Shown: positions 10,521-19,408, counted from the first letter of the stretch. The stretch is 55,386 bases of DNA from Azospirillum sp. 51_20 (GCA_963600185.1 CAVCAF010000001.1:1-55386), one strand, 5' to 3'. The notes: generated by a model not told the origin, from the sequence alone. Numbers and translations: made by a program.

Positions 10521-10600
10521 ATACTTTGCGAGTAACGAGGGGGTAAGGCGGAAGTAGAATGCCGCGAAAGTCTCTCTTCTAGTGGGGGATGCGCATCTCG

Positions 10601-10738
10601 CCTTCAAGAGACCGCGGTCTCAGCACCTTGAGACCGCGGTCACTCGACCCTGAGACCGCGGTCTCTTGCCCGATAGACCGCGGTCTCCAAGCCAACAGAC
10701 CGCGGTCTCTAAGCCTATAGACCGCGGTCTCTTGAAGG
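10601..10738. repeat. 22-bp-periodic array (6 units) of the palindrome GAGACCGCGGTCTC with 8-nt variable spacers
   Basis: Units start at 10608, 10630, 10652, 10674, 10696 and 10718. The array is bracketed by CCTTCAAGAGACC and GGTCTCTTGAAGG. Positions 10606-10687 are identical to 40128-40209. Confidence 0.95.
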
Positions 10739-10832
10739 ATTCCCAGTAGGAGAGGGTAAACGCCGCGCTTGGACGGGGGTGGTGGGGTACTTTACCGCGG
10801 CACTTCGTGCGCCGAGACGGACGCGATTTGTA

Positions 10833-10861
10833 TGTACTTCTCACCCCAAATATGGTATAAT
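10833..10861 (+). promoter_or_regulatory. sigma70-type promoter (TGTACT-N17-TATAAT, extended TATGGTATAAT)
   Basis: TATGGTATAAT lies at 10851-10861. The same 11-mer precedes both tRNA genes. Confidence 0.65.
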
Positions 10862-10867
10862 TTAGGG

Positions 10868-11143
10868 TGTTCGGACGGCGGATAAAGCAGGAAAGCGTCC
10901 GAATTGATAGGCCAAGAGTATGCTTAAGTGGCAAAGTGCCGCGCTCCGCTCTTTAAGGTCGTGTAATGATTTAGCGTCAACGCTAACAAGTCGTTCTGCA
11001 GAAATACTGGTACTATTTCAACAGGTGAACGGCATGAGAGTGATGATGCGCCCTTTGGGCGTGTTATCTTATTGTGTATTCACCTATGCCTGTACCAGGG
11101 CTACTGCAGAGTGCATGAGAAGATGATGCGCTCTTTTCTTTTG
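10868..11143 (+). ncRNA. candidate structured ncRNA or long regulatory leader (approx 275 nt, unidentified class)
   Basis: A strong promoter lies upstream and a terminator at 11108-11143. Internal hairpins include TTCGGACG (10870-10877) with CGTCCGAA (10896-10903), and AGGTGAA with TTCACCT. The only ORF (68 aa) has atypical codons and no RBS. Confidence 0.35.
11108..11143 (+). terminator. intrinsic terminator
   Basis: AGAGTGC (11108-11114) pairs with GCGCTCT (11128-11134), giving a 7-bp stem with one G-U pair and a 13-nt loop. It is followed by TTTCTTTTG. Confidence 0.5.
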
Positions 11144-11196
11144 CATTGAATGGGTTCGGCGGCGAACTACTAGCGCAGAACCTGGAGAGAAAGAAG

Positions 11197-12018
11197 ATGG
11201 CAGAAGAAAGTAAGGCAGTGGAAGGTCGGCTCTTGCCTGTTTTGATGACGGCGAGCGTCGATACGCGCGGCATGAAATGTGCGCGTTTTGCCGCGGAGGA
11301 GCGGGAGAAGATGTATATTCGCGCCGTCCGTTATTACCTCGACACGATCTGCCGCGATCCGCGGCAAAAGGTTGTTTTTTGCGACAATTCGGGCTGGGAT
11401 CTCGCCTCCTTTCGTGCGAAGGTGGGGCGTGGGGCGGAGCGTATTGAGTGGCTGTCACTGGACCCAAACGACTTCGACATCTCGCGCGGCAAGGGCTATA
11501 ACGAGATGATTCTTATGCGGCAGGCACTTGAGCGCTCGCCGGCTATTCGTGCGGCAGGTGCATTCTTTAAAGTGACGGGGCGCTACCCGATCTACAATCT
11601 TGGCTACTTCGTGAAGAAGGCTTCAAAGGCAATTTATGCGCACGGCAAGAAGTGGTATTGCGATGTTAAGGATCATCCGATTTATGAATGGCTCCATCTT
11701 GGCTGGAACGGACACTCCCTTGAGTGTCGCCTCTTTGGGGTGACGAACGACTTCTTCTGTGAGAAGCTAGTTCCGTTGACGGAGGAGTGCAATGACGCGG
11801 AGGGTAAAGAGCTGGAAGGGGTCTTACTCCGCGGCTTAAAACGGATGAGCTTAGAGGGCATAGTGACGCGCTTCAAGCGTGAGCCGCACTTTGGGGGCGT
11901 GGCTGGACATTACATTCCTTCCATCGCGTGGAGTGAAGATCAGGACTGCTTCAAGGAAAAGTTTAAGCGTGCACTCGGCAACTTCATCCGCATCTTCATG
12001 CCTTGGCTGAAGTTCTAA
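11197..12018 (+). CDS. hypothetical protein (possibly a sugar-transferase-like alpha/beta protein)
   Basis: I trimmed ORF 11146..12018 to the ATG at 11197, which lies 7 nt after GGAGAG. I recognise no diagnostic motif. The VFCDNSGWDL segment is reminiscent of GT-A-like proteins, but that is unproven. Confidence 0.55.
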   Translation: MAEESKAVEGRLLPVLMTASVDTRGMKCARFAAEEREKMYIRAVRYYLDTICRDPRQKVVFCDNSGWDLASFRAKVGRGAERIEWLSLDPNDFDISRGKGYNEMILMRQALERSPAIRAAGAFFKVTGRYPIYNLGYFVKKASKAIYAHGKKWYCDVKDHPIYEWLHLGWNGHSLECRLFGVTNDFFCEKLVPLTEECNDAEGKELEGVLLRGLKRMSLEGIVTRFKREPHFGGVAGHYIPSIAWSEDQDCFKEKFKRALGNFIRIFMPWLKF

Positions 12019-12103
12019 GGTGCAGAATAGGCTCGTCTAGTAACCGAAGATAGGGGCGCTTTGGGGGTGTGCCGCAAGACCCCTACCAAATCTACGCCAG
12101 AAA

Positions 12104-12112
12104 TGATATAAT
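12104..12112 (+). promoter_or_regulatory. extended -10 promoter TGATATAAT
   Basis: TGATATAAT lies 10 nt upstream of the adk ATG (12123). Confidence 0.5.
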
Positions 12113-12122
12113 AGAAGGCGTT

Positions 12123-12758
12123 ATGAATATCGTAATTTTGTTAGGTGCCCCTGGTTCGGGCAAAGGTACAGTCGCGGGCAAGCTCGCGGCAGAAAATGCA
12201 CATCTCAAGCATGTCTCCTCAGGAGACCTCCTGCGCGGCGCTGTCGCGAAGGGAACTGACGCGGGCAAGAAGGCTAAGGATTATATGGAAGCTGGCAAGC
12301 TCGTCCCGGACGCCTTAATCGCGACGATGATTAAGGATGTCGTTGCCGAAACGACGGGCGATGTGACGATGCTCCTCGATGGCTTCCCACGCAACTTGGC
12401 GCAGGCGAAGATCCTCGAAGAGATGGGTGCACCCGTTAAGAGTGCGGTGCTGATTGATGTGCCGGACGCGCTAATTCAAGATCGTATCGCGGGGCGTCGC
12501 ACATGCCCGAAGTGCAAGGCGGGTTACCATGTTAAGAACTTGCCCCCGAAAGTGGAAGGCATCTGCGACAAGTGCGGCGCTGAACTCGTTATCCGTAAGG
12601 ACGACAACCCCGACACCGTCAAAGACCGCCTCGCGGTTTATCATAGCGAAACCGAGCCGCTCATTGCCTTTTATCGTGATAAGAACTTGCTCAGAAAGAT
12701 TGACGGCACAGTCGACATCGCCGATGTTGCCGCGGCGTTTCTGAAGGCAATGGCATGA
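12123..12758 (+). CDS. adk: adenylate kinase (zinc-lid type)
   Basis: MNIVILLGAPGSGKGT is the P-loop and the lid is CPKC...CDKCG. I trimmed the start from 12069. Confidence 0.95.
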   Translation: MNIVILLGAPGSGKGTVAGKLAAENAHLKHVSSGDLLRGAVAKGTDAGKKAKDYMEAGKLVPDALIATMIKDVVAETTGDVTMLLDGFPRNLAQAKILEEMGAPVKSAVLIDVPDALIQDRIAGRRTCPKCKAGYHVKNLPPKVEGICDKCGAELVIRKDDNPDTVKDRLAVYHSETEPLIAFYRDKNLLRKIDGTVDIADVAAAFLKAMA

Positions 12759-13525
12759 AAGTCGATATAAAGACTAAGGCGGAACTCGCGAAAATGCGTG
12801 AGGCGTGCCGTATGTCCGCCGAAATACGCGACATCTGCGCGAACGCCGTAAAGCCAGGCGTAACGACGGGGGAGATTGATGACCTCGTCGTCGCCTATTG
12901 TAAGAAGTATAAAGTAGAGGCGAGCTTCTATCGCTATGCGGGCTTCCCCGGACACTTGTGCGTTTCAATCAACGACGAAATCATCCATGGTATCCCGAGC
13001 TATGACCGCGTCATTATGCCAGGCGACCTCGTGAAGACGGATGTCGGTATTAAGACCCTTGGCTTCAACGGCGACACTTCGCGCACCGTTGCCTTGGGTG
13101 TCACCGACCCCGAAGTCATCCGTCTAGTAGAGACGACGAAGCGGTGTCTAAAAGCGGGAATTGCCGCGGCGGGACCAGGCGTACATCTCGGCGATGTCGG
13201 CTACGCGATTCAGTGTGTTGCTGAGGCGGAAGGCTTTGGCATTGTTCGTGACTGGATTGGGCACGGTGTTGGGCGCACGGTGCATGAGGATCCCGAAGTG
13301 CCAAATTATGGCGTACCAGGTACGAAACTTGTGCTGCGTCCAGGCATGACGATCGCGATTGAGCCTATGATTACGCTTACGAAGGCGGGTGAGAAGACGG
13401 AAGTTCTTGAGAACGACTGGACCGTCGTCACGCGTGACCGTTGCCTCTCAGCCCACTTTGAACACACCGTCGCCATAACGGACGATGGTGCAGAGATTTT
13501 GACTTTGCCGGCGGACTATCCCTGA
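12755..13525 (+). CDS. map: type I methionine aminopeptidase
   Basis: The ATGA overlaps the adk stop. The metal ligands D..D..H..E..E occur in the conserved context (KTDVG, GHGVG, IEPM, AHFEHT). Confidence 0.95.
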   Translation: MKVDIKTKAELAKMREACRMSAEIRDICANAVKPGVTTGEIDDLVVAYCKKYKVEASFYRYAGFPGHLCVSINDEIIHGIPSYDRVIMPGDLVKTDVGIKTLGFNGDTSRTVALGVTDPEVIRLVETTKRCLKAGIAAAGPGVHLGDVGYAIQCVAEAEGFGIVRDWIGHGVGRTVHEDPEVPNYGVPGTKLVLRPGMTIAIEPMITLTKAGEKTEVLENDWTVVTRDRCLSAHFEHTVAITDDGAEILTLPADYP

Positions 13526-13577
13526 AGTCTTGAGGCCCGAAGGCGCTTAGGTCGAATGGCGACTGATTGCTTCGAGA

Positions 13578-16046
13578 TTGGATTTCCGTCGGCAAGTCTT
13601 TGATTCCCCTATGGCGATGTTTCCCGTTGAAGAGAAGTTAAGCGACATTCGCCGCGCCCTCGCAGAAAATAAGGATGTCGTCCTAACTGCGCCCCCTGGG
13701 AGTGGTAAGACGACAATTGTGCCGCCCGCACTCCTAGAAGAGCCATGGCTTAAGGGACGCAAGATAGTCGTTCTTGAACCGCGGCGTTTAGCGGCGCGGA
13801 ACTGTGCACAGTATATTGCCGCGCGGCGGGGAGAGGAAGTCGGGGGCACCGTCGGTTATCGCGTCCGTCTTGAGAGCAAGGTTTCGGCGGCAACACGCCT
13901 TGAGATTATAACTGAGGGACTCCTCGCGCAGCGCATCCTGAACGACCCCGAACTTGCCGACACGGGGCTAATTGTCTTTGATGAGTTCCATGAACGCGCC
14001 CTTGCCTGCGACCTCGCCTTTGCACTTGCGCTGGAAGTGCGCCGCGCCTTGCGTCCAGATCTGCGGCTACTCGTAATGTCCGCGACACTTGACGCGGCGG
14101 AAGTCACGCGCCATCTCGGGGACGCGACCCCCATTTCAGCCGAGGGGCGCATGTATCCCGTGGAGACGCGCTATTTGGGCGACACCCCCATTCCCGCGGC
14201 AGTTTCGCGTGCATTAAAAGAGACGACGGGCGATATCCTTTGCTTCTTGCCGGGCGAAGGGGAAATCCGCCGCGCAAGTGCCGCGCTCGAAACGGTAAGG
14301 GAAGCGGAGATTTTGCCGCTTTATGGCGCACTCCCCAAGGCGGCGCAAGATCGTGTTTTCGCCTCTTCGCCGCGCCGTAAGGTTATACTCGCGACTTCCA
14401 TTGCTGAAACCTCAATTACGCTACCAGGGATAACCTGCGTAATTGATTCGGGGCTTATGCGTGTACCGCGCTTCTCGCCCACGACAGGCATGACGGGACT
14501 CGTCACCTTGCCGCTAACTTTAGATCGAGCCGAACAACGCCGCGGACGCGCTGGACGCGTCCAAGCCGGTGTCTGCTATCGGCTTTGGAATGCCGCGGAA
14601 AAGCGTCCCGCACGGATGAATCCCGAGATAATGGACGCTGATCTCGCGAGCCTCGTCCTCACAAGTACCGCGTGGGGGGCGATAAGGCGCACCGATTTAC
14701 CGTGGCTAACGCCGCCGCCTGCGAGCGCATGGGAGAAGTCCGTAAAACTTCTTAAACAACTTGGCGCACTTAAGGTAGACTGCACTCTTACGCCGCGGGG
14801 CGAGCGTATGGCGCATATGCCGCTACATCCGCGCCTAGCCAATATGCTACTGGACTTCAAGCCCCACGCGGCAGACCTCCAGAACGCGGCACTTCTCGCG
14901 GCAATTGTGGAAGAAGGGCGGCGCGGCACCGAGACCGATATCCGCCGCGTTATGGATGAGGTGCGTGAAACGCCCCATAACCCCGCCTCACAACGCATAC
15001 TCGCCTTAGCGCGGCGCTTTGGGGGTGGCGGCGAAAAGGGTGCGAATCCTGCGCCCCCCACCTGCTCGGAAGGCGCACTCCTCGCGCGTGCCTATCCCGA
15101 CCGCGTTGCCAAAAATCGGGGTAATGCGACCTTTCGCCTTGTGAGTGGGCGCGGGGCGTTCCTTGACCCCACGGATAGGCTCGCGAAAGAGCCGTGGCTT
15201 GTCGCCTGTACCCTCGATGACCGCGTCGGGGACGCTAAGATTTTTCTTGCCGCACCTATTAAGGAAAAGGAAGTCCGTGAATTATTCGCCGCGGACTTAA
15301 CGGAGGACGATATTTGCTCTTGGGATAAGCGCACCGAGCAAGTCATAGCCGCGCGGCGGACGCTTCTTGGCGCAATTACTTTATCGGAGAGACTCCTCTT
15401 GCCCGCGGCAGATGACGCGGCAATGCGTGCCAAGCGCACGACGGCACTACTGGAGGGCGTCCGTCAGAAGGGTGTCGCGAACTTGCCGTGCTGGACGAAG
15501 GAGTCCCTGCAATTCGCCGCGCGGCTGCGCTTCTTGCATAAGGTTCTCGTGTGGCCTGAGTTGACCGATACTTCCCTCATCGCATCGTTGGCGGGCTTCG
15601 TGGACGGCTTCACCAAGTGGCGCGACTTAGAGAAGGTCAAGATGAGCGAAGTGCTTACCTTTTGGCTTGCCTCTAATGGGCATACGCTGCGCGAACTCGA
15701 TACCCTCGCCCCTGCACGGATGGAAGTCCCGAGCGGCAGCCACCTCGTTATCCATTATGAGGGCGACGAACCTACTGTGGAAGCGAAGTTGCAAGAGTGT
15801 TTCGGGCTTATGACAACGCCGCGTGTCGCGGGAGGGCAAGTCCCTATCGTGATGACGCTACTCTCGCCCGCACAGCGTCCCATCCAAATCACCAAAGACC
15901 TCGCAGGCTTTTGGCGAGAAGGGTACCAACTCGTCCGTAAAGAGATGCGCGGACGCTATCCGCGGCACTATTGGCCCGAGGATCCTTTCGCCGCCACCCC
16001 CACGCGCCGCACCCTAAAATCGCGCCTAGGTGCAAAAACCACTTGA
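13578..16046 (+). CDS. hrpB: ATP-dependent RNA helicase HrpB
   Basis: APPGSGKTT, DEFHER, SAT and QRRGRAGR are the DEAH-box motifs. The C-terminus RGRYPRHYWPEDP is typical of HrpB_C. The ORF starts at TTG 13578, and ATG 13611 is an alternative start. Confidence 0.9.
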   Translation: MDFRRQVFDSPMAMFPVEEKLSDIRRALAENKDVVLTAPPGSGKTTIVPPALLEEPWLKGRKIVVLEPRRLAARNCAQYIAARRGEEVGGTVGYRVRLESKVSAATRLEIITEGLLAQRILNDPELADTGLIVFDEFHERALACDLAFALALEVRRALRPDLRLLVMSATLDAAEVTRHLGDATPISAEGRMYPVETRYLGDTPIPAAVSRALKETTGDILCFLPGEGEIRRASAALETVREAEILPLYGALPKAAQDRVFASSPRRKVILATSIAETSITLPGITCVIDSGLMRVPRFSPTTGMTGLVTLPLTLDRAEQRRGRAGRVQAGVCYRLWNAAEKRPARMNPEIMDADLASLVLTSTAWGAIRRTDLPWLTPPPASAWEKSVKLLKQLGALKVDCTLTPRGERMAHMPLHPRLANMLLDFKPHAADLQNAALLAAIVEEGRRGTETDIRRVMDEVRETPHNPASQRILALARRFGGGGEKGANPAPPTCSEGALLARAYPDRVAKNRGNATFRLVSGRGAFLDPTDRLAKEPWLVACTLDDRVGDAKIFLAAPIKEKEVRELFAADLTEDDICSWDKRTEQVIAARRTLLGAITLSERLLLPAADDAAMRAKRTTALLEGVRQKGVANLPCWTKESLQFAARLRFLHKVLVWPELTDTSLIASLAGFVDGFTKWRDLEKVKMSEVLTFWLASNGHTLRELDTLAPARMEVPSGSHLVIHYEGDEPTVEAKLQECFGLMTTPRVAGGQVPIVMTLLSPAQRPIQITKDLAGFWREGYQLVRKEMRGRYPRHYWPEDPFAATPTRRTLKSRLGAKTT

Positions 16047-16071
16047 GTTTAAGCGGCGAAATATGGTATAA
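16042..16071 (+). promoter_or_regulatory. tRNA-Thr promoter (TTGAGT-N18-TATAAT, TATGGTATAAT)
   Basis: The -10 lies at 16066-16071, 14 nt before the mature tRNA 5' end. Confidence 0.7.
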
Positions 16072-16085
16072 TATTGCGCAAATAC

Positions 16086-16160
16086 GCCAGGGTAGCACAA
16101 TGGCAGTGCATCTCATTTGTAATGAGAGGGTTGCGGGTTCGACTCCTGTTCCTGGCTCCA
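16086..16160 (+). tRNA. tRNA-Thr (anticodon UGU), CCA encoded
   Basis: The cloverleaf was folded by hand. The acceptor stem is GCCAGGG/TCCTGGC, the anticodon stem TCTCA/TGAGA with loop TTTGTAA, and the T-loop is TTCGACT. A 3' CCA is followed by a T-run. Confidence 0.9.
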
Positions 16161-16185
16161 TTCTTTTTTAAGGAGGGATTTAGGT

Positions 16186-16563
16186 ATGATAGAAACAATT
16201 TCTACAGCGTCCGCTCCAGCGGCGCTTGGTCCGTATAGCCAAGCCCTTAAGGCGGGTGGTTTTGTGTGGTGCTCAGGTCAAATACCCATTGACCCCGCGA
16301 CGAACACAATCACGGCTCAAACTATAGAAGAACAGACGCGCCAAGCGATTTCTAACTTGAAGAATGTCCTTGCGGCGGCGGGTACGAGTTTAGCAAATGT
16401 TGTTAAGACGACTGTCTTTATTAAGGATATGAACGACTTTGCCGCGCTTAATAAGGTTTACGCGGAAATGTTTGGGGCAACGAAGCCCGCGCGTTCTTGC
16501 GTGGAAGTCGCGCGCCTCCCGAAGGATGTGAAAGTCGAGATTGAGTGCGTTGCCGCGCTCTAA
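16186..16563 (+). CDS. ridA: RidA/YjgF family reactive-intermediate deaminase
   Basis: The product is 125 aa. APAALGPYSQA...SGQIP...ARSCVEVARLP is the family signature, and an AAGGAGGG RBS is present. Confidence 0.9.
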   Translation: MIETISTASAPAALGPYSQALKAGGFVWCSGQIPIDPATNTITAQTIEEQTRQAISNLKNVLAAAGTSLANVVKTTVFIKDMNDFAALNKVYAEMFGATKPARSCVEVARLPKDVKVEIECVAAL

Positions 16564-16591
16564 GGCGACTTTAGCGTAAGGACTGCATTTC

Positions 16592-18034
16592 GTGGAAAAA
16601 CAGCAGCACATTCCTCTGCCGCTTAAGTATCGTCCGATGACATTTGATGATGTCGTCGGGCAGGAACATGTCGTACGCACCCTAAGGCACGCCATTGCCG
16701 CGAATCGTGTGGCGAACGCCTACCTCTTTATAGGGCCACGCGGCATTGGCAAGACGACCCTTTCGCGTATTTTCGCTAAAGCCCTCAATTGTTCGTCGCC
16801 GAATGGCACTGAGCCTTGCGGCAAGTGCACGAACTGCGTGGAGATAGCCGAAGGACGCTCGCTTGATGTCATCGAGCTTGACGCTGCCTCCCATAATAAG
16901 GTAGAGGATGTAAAGCCGATAATTGACGCGGTGCAGTACAAGCCGAGCGCTTCGCGCTATAAGATATTCATCATTGACGAATGTCATATGCTGACGAACG
17001 CGGCATGGAATGCGCTTTTGAAGACTCTGGAAGAGCCGCCAGCCTATGTGCGTTTTATCTTCGCGACGACCGAAGGCGATAAGGTGCTCGCGACCATTGT
17101 TTCGCGTTGTCAACGCTTTGACCTGCGGCGCATCCAAACCCGCGACATAACCGCGCGGCTAAAGTATGTCTGCGAAAAAGAGAAGATTAAGGCAGAGGAC
17201 GACGCGCTACTCGCGATTGCTCGTGGCGCAGAAGGCGGTATGCGCGACGCGCTTTCTTCCCTCGACCAACTCATATCCTTTACGGACGGCAATATCACCG
17301 AGAAGGATGCCCTTGGTGTCTTTGGTCTCGTTGGGCGCGTGGAACTTGAGTCGCTCGCGGGTGCAATTCTTAAGGGCGACGCGGCGAGTATACTTTCCGC
17401 CGTCGAAGCTTTTGATTCCGCGGGCAAGAACTTGCGACGACTCGCGGGGGAACTTCTCGGACACTTCCGTAACCTCGTTGTTTTGCAGGCACTTGGCCCC
17501 GATACGAAGTGCCTTGAGGCGACTCCCGAGCAGATAGAAGTCCTTAAGAAACAAGCGGAAGGTGTGGACGCTGGACGCGTCTTTCGTATTTGCGATGAAC
17601 TTGCGGCAATGGAAGATAAGTTGCGGTATGTCTTAAGTGTTAGAACGCTTATTGAGATGACGCTCTTAAGGGCGAGCCGCATTGCTTCCACGGCAACAGT
17701 AGAGGAACTTATGCGGGCTGTGCGCACGCTAAAAGGGAGCGCGGCACCTGCTGTGGCGACGGCATCTGCGCCGTCCGTACCTGCGTCCGCTAAGTCTGCA
17801 CCCCAACCGCCGCCGCGCAAATATGTGATGCATCGCCTCCCCGACGCGGCAGAACTCGCGGCAGCGCCCGCCCCAGCCCCTAAGGTAGTGCCGCCGCCAC
17901 AACCAGCACCCGCTAAGCCCGCGGCGAAACCTGTCGCCCCGAGCCGTCGCCAAGAGATTCTGGACGACCCTAAGCTTAATGACCTCCTAAAAGAAGTTGG
18001 GGGCGCGGAAATAACGGATATACGGGAGAACTAA
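16592..18034 (+). CDS. dnaX: DNA polymerase III subunit gamma/tau
   Basis: GPRGIGKTT is the P-loop, a zinc module CGKCTNC is present, DECHML and GGMRDALS also match, and the tail is proline/alanine-rich. The start is GTG. Confidence 0.9.
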   Translation: MEKQQHIPLPLKYRPMTFDDVVGQEHVVRTLRHAIAANRVANAYLFIGPRGIGKTTLSRIFAKALNCSSPNGTEPCGKCTNCVEIAEGRSLDVIELDAASHNKVEDVKPIIDAVQYKPSASRYKIFIIDECHMLTNAAWNALLKTLEEPPAYVRFIFATTEGDKVLATIVSRCQRFDLRRIQTRDITARLKYVCEKEKIKAEDDALLAIARGAEGGMRDALSSLDQLISFTDGNITEKDALGVFGLVGRVELESLAGAILKGDAASILSAVEAFDSAGKNLRRLAGELLGHFRNLVVLQALGPDTKCLEATPEQIEVLKKQAEGVDAGRVFRICDELAAMEDKLRYVLSVRTLIEMTLLRASRIASTATVEELMRAVRTLKGSAAPAVATASAPSVPASAKSAPQPPPRKYVMHRLPDAAELAAAPAPAPKVVPPPQPAPAKPAAKPVAPSRRQEILDDPKLNDLLKEVGGAEITDIREN

Positions 18035-18038
18035 GACT

Positions 18039-18482
18039 ATGTTCAGTTGTGGATGGCTTTGGCTCTATGTTGGCGCGTTTTTAATGCTCGCGGAGTTGCT
18101 CGCGTCGGGCTTCATCGTTTTCTTCTTTGGGCTCGCGGCAGTTTCGGTTGGCGTTCTGCGCCTCATCTTAGGGGACGCGTTTACGCCAACATGGCAACTT
18201 GTCGCGATTTCGTTCTTCTCCATCTTCTACCTAGCGATTGTTAGGCGGTGGCTTAAGAAGATATTCGTTGGGAGCATGTCCTCCTCGCGTGTCGACTTCG
18301 ACAATGACTTCGTTGGACGCGTTGGGCGCGTTGTGGAAGCGATAAACCCGCCTTTGGAAGGGCGCGTCGAACTCGGGGACGCGGCGTGGAGTGCCGTAGC
18401 CGAAAGCCCAATTGCGAAGGACGCCAATGTTAAGGTAATTTCTCAAACAAATCTAACTCTAAAAGTGGAGGAAGTAAAATGA
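18039..18482 (+). CDS. NfeD family membrane protein
   Basis: It has N-terminal TM helices and a C-terminal OB-like segment (GRVELGDAAWSAV). It overlaps the downstream SPFH gene, which is the classic NfeD-SPFH operon arrangement. Confidence 0.75.
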   Translation: MFSCGWLWLYVGAFLMLAELLASGFIVFFFGLAAVSVGVLRLILGDAFTPTWQLVAISFFSIFYLAIVRRWLKKIFVGSMSSSRVDFDNDFVGRVGRVVEAINPPLEGRVELGDAAWSAVAESPIAKDANVKVISQTNLTLKVEEVK

Positions 18483-19408
18483 TACTCGCTGAAGTTAATG
18501 GTGCGCTTGTTTTCTTCGGGATTGTGGCGTTCATCGTCATAATCGCCATAATCAAGACGGCGGTAATAGTTCCGCAAAAGACAGCTTTTATCGTGGAGCG
18601 GCTCGGACGCTACCGTTGCACGCTTGACGCGGGGTTCCATATCCTTTTCCCTTTCATTGACCGTATCGCCTATCGTCATACCCTTAAGGAGCAGGCGATT
18701 GATGTGCCCCCGCAGGAGTGCATTACGAAAGATAACATCGCTGTTTCGGTGGACGGAATCCTTTATATGCAGGTCATGGATCCCGCCAAGGCGAGTTATG
18801 GCATTGGTAACTACCTTTTTGCAACGACTCAACTTGCCCAAACCACGATGCGCTCTGAAATGGGCAAACTTGATTTGGACCGCTCATTTGAGGAGCGTAC
18901 TTCCATTAACGCGGCGATTGTCGCGGCGGTGGATAAAGCGAGCGACCCGTGGGGCATTAAAGTGACGCGCTACGAGATTAAGAATATTACGCCGCCGCGC
19001 ACGATTCGGGACGCGATGGAAAAGCAGATGCGTGCTGAGCGCGAAAAACGCGCGATGATTGCGGAGTCCGAGGGTGAGCGCCAAGCGAAGATTAACCGTG
19101 CCGAGGGAGAACGCCAAGAAGCAATTGCACTTTCTGAAGGCGAGCGCACGCGGCGCATAAATGAGGCGGAAGGGCGCGCGAAAGAAATTACGCTTGTTGC
19201 TGAAGCGCAGGCGGCGGGTATCGCGAAAGTCGCCGAGGCGATTAACATGAAAGGCGGCGCGGAGTCCGTAAATATGCAACTCGCCCAGCAATATCTCGTG
19301 CAATTTGGTAATCTCGCGAAAACCAATAATACGATGATTATCCCCTCCAATTTGGCGGATGTCGCGGGCGTCTTAAAGGCGTGCGCGAATGTCGTAAAAC
19401 AAGCTTAA
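18479..19408 (+). CDS. SPFH/band-7 (stomatin/QmcA-like) protein
   Basis: There is an N-terminal TM helix. The SPFH core shows VPQKTAFIVERLGRY and TKDN..V.VDG, followed by a coiled-coil region with AEGER repeats. Confidence 0.85.
   Translation: MILAEVNGALVFFGIVAFIVIIAIIKTAVIVPQKTAFIVERLGRYRCTLDAGFHILFPFIDRIAYRHTLKEQAIDVPPQECITKDNIAVSVDGILYMQVMDPAKASYGIGNYLFATTQLAQTTMRSEMGKLDLDRSFEERTSINAAIVAAVDKASDPWGIKVTRYEIKNITPPRTIRDAMEKQMRAEREKRAMIAESEGERQAKINRAEGERQEAIALSEGERTRRINEAEGRAKEITLVAEAQAAGIAKVAEAINMKGGAESVNMQLAQQYLVQFGNLAKTNNTMIIPSNLADVAGVLKACANVVKQA

Noticed and set aside
10601-10738. CRISPR interpretation of the 22-bp arrays (also 40003-40256)
   Set aside because: The repeats are 14 nt and the spacers only 8 nt, far below CRISPR dimensions. 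There are no cas genes or leader. Identical spacers are shared by the two loci.
10620-10934. 104-aa minus-strand ORF
   Set aside because: It runs through the 22-bp palindrome array and the promoter. Its periodic peptide content is a by-product of the repeats.
10920-11126. 68-aa + strand ORF inside the candidate ncRNA
   Set aside because: It has no Shine-Dalgarno sequence, uses codons that are rare elsewhere (TTA, AGA, AGG, ATA, CTA), and its stop falls inside the terminator loop. I keep it only as an alternative hypothesis in the finding.
10868-11143. Identification as RNase P RNA, 6S, tmRNA, SRP RNA, T-box or a cobalamin/c-di-GMP riboswitch
   Set aside because: The conserved cores I can recall are absent or only loosely matched (for example AGGAAAGCGTCC and CTGGTAC). 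Those cores are GAGGAAAGUCCGGGC with ACAGAA.CCGGCUUA, the tRNA-like end with a tag ORF, the GGAA/AGCAG SRP motif, the UGGNACC T-box and the GCCACUG B12 box. An Infernal scan is needed.
16592-18034. Programmed -1 frameshift site in dnaX
   Set aside because: I found no A-AAA-AAG slippery heptamer. The only A-run (GAAAAAGAG, around 17173) is not in the required frame or context.
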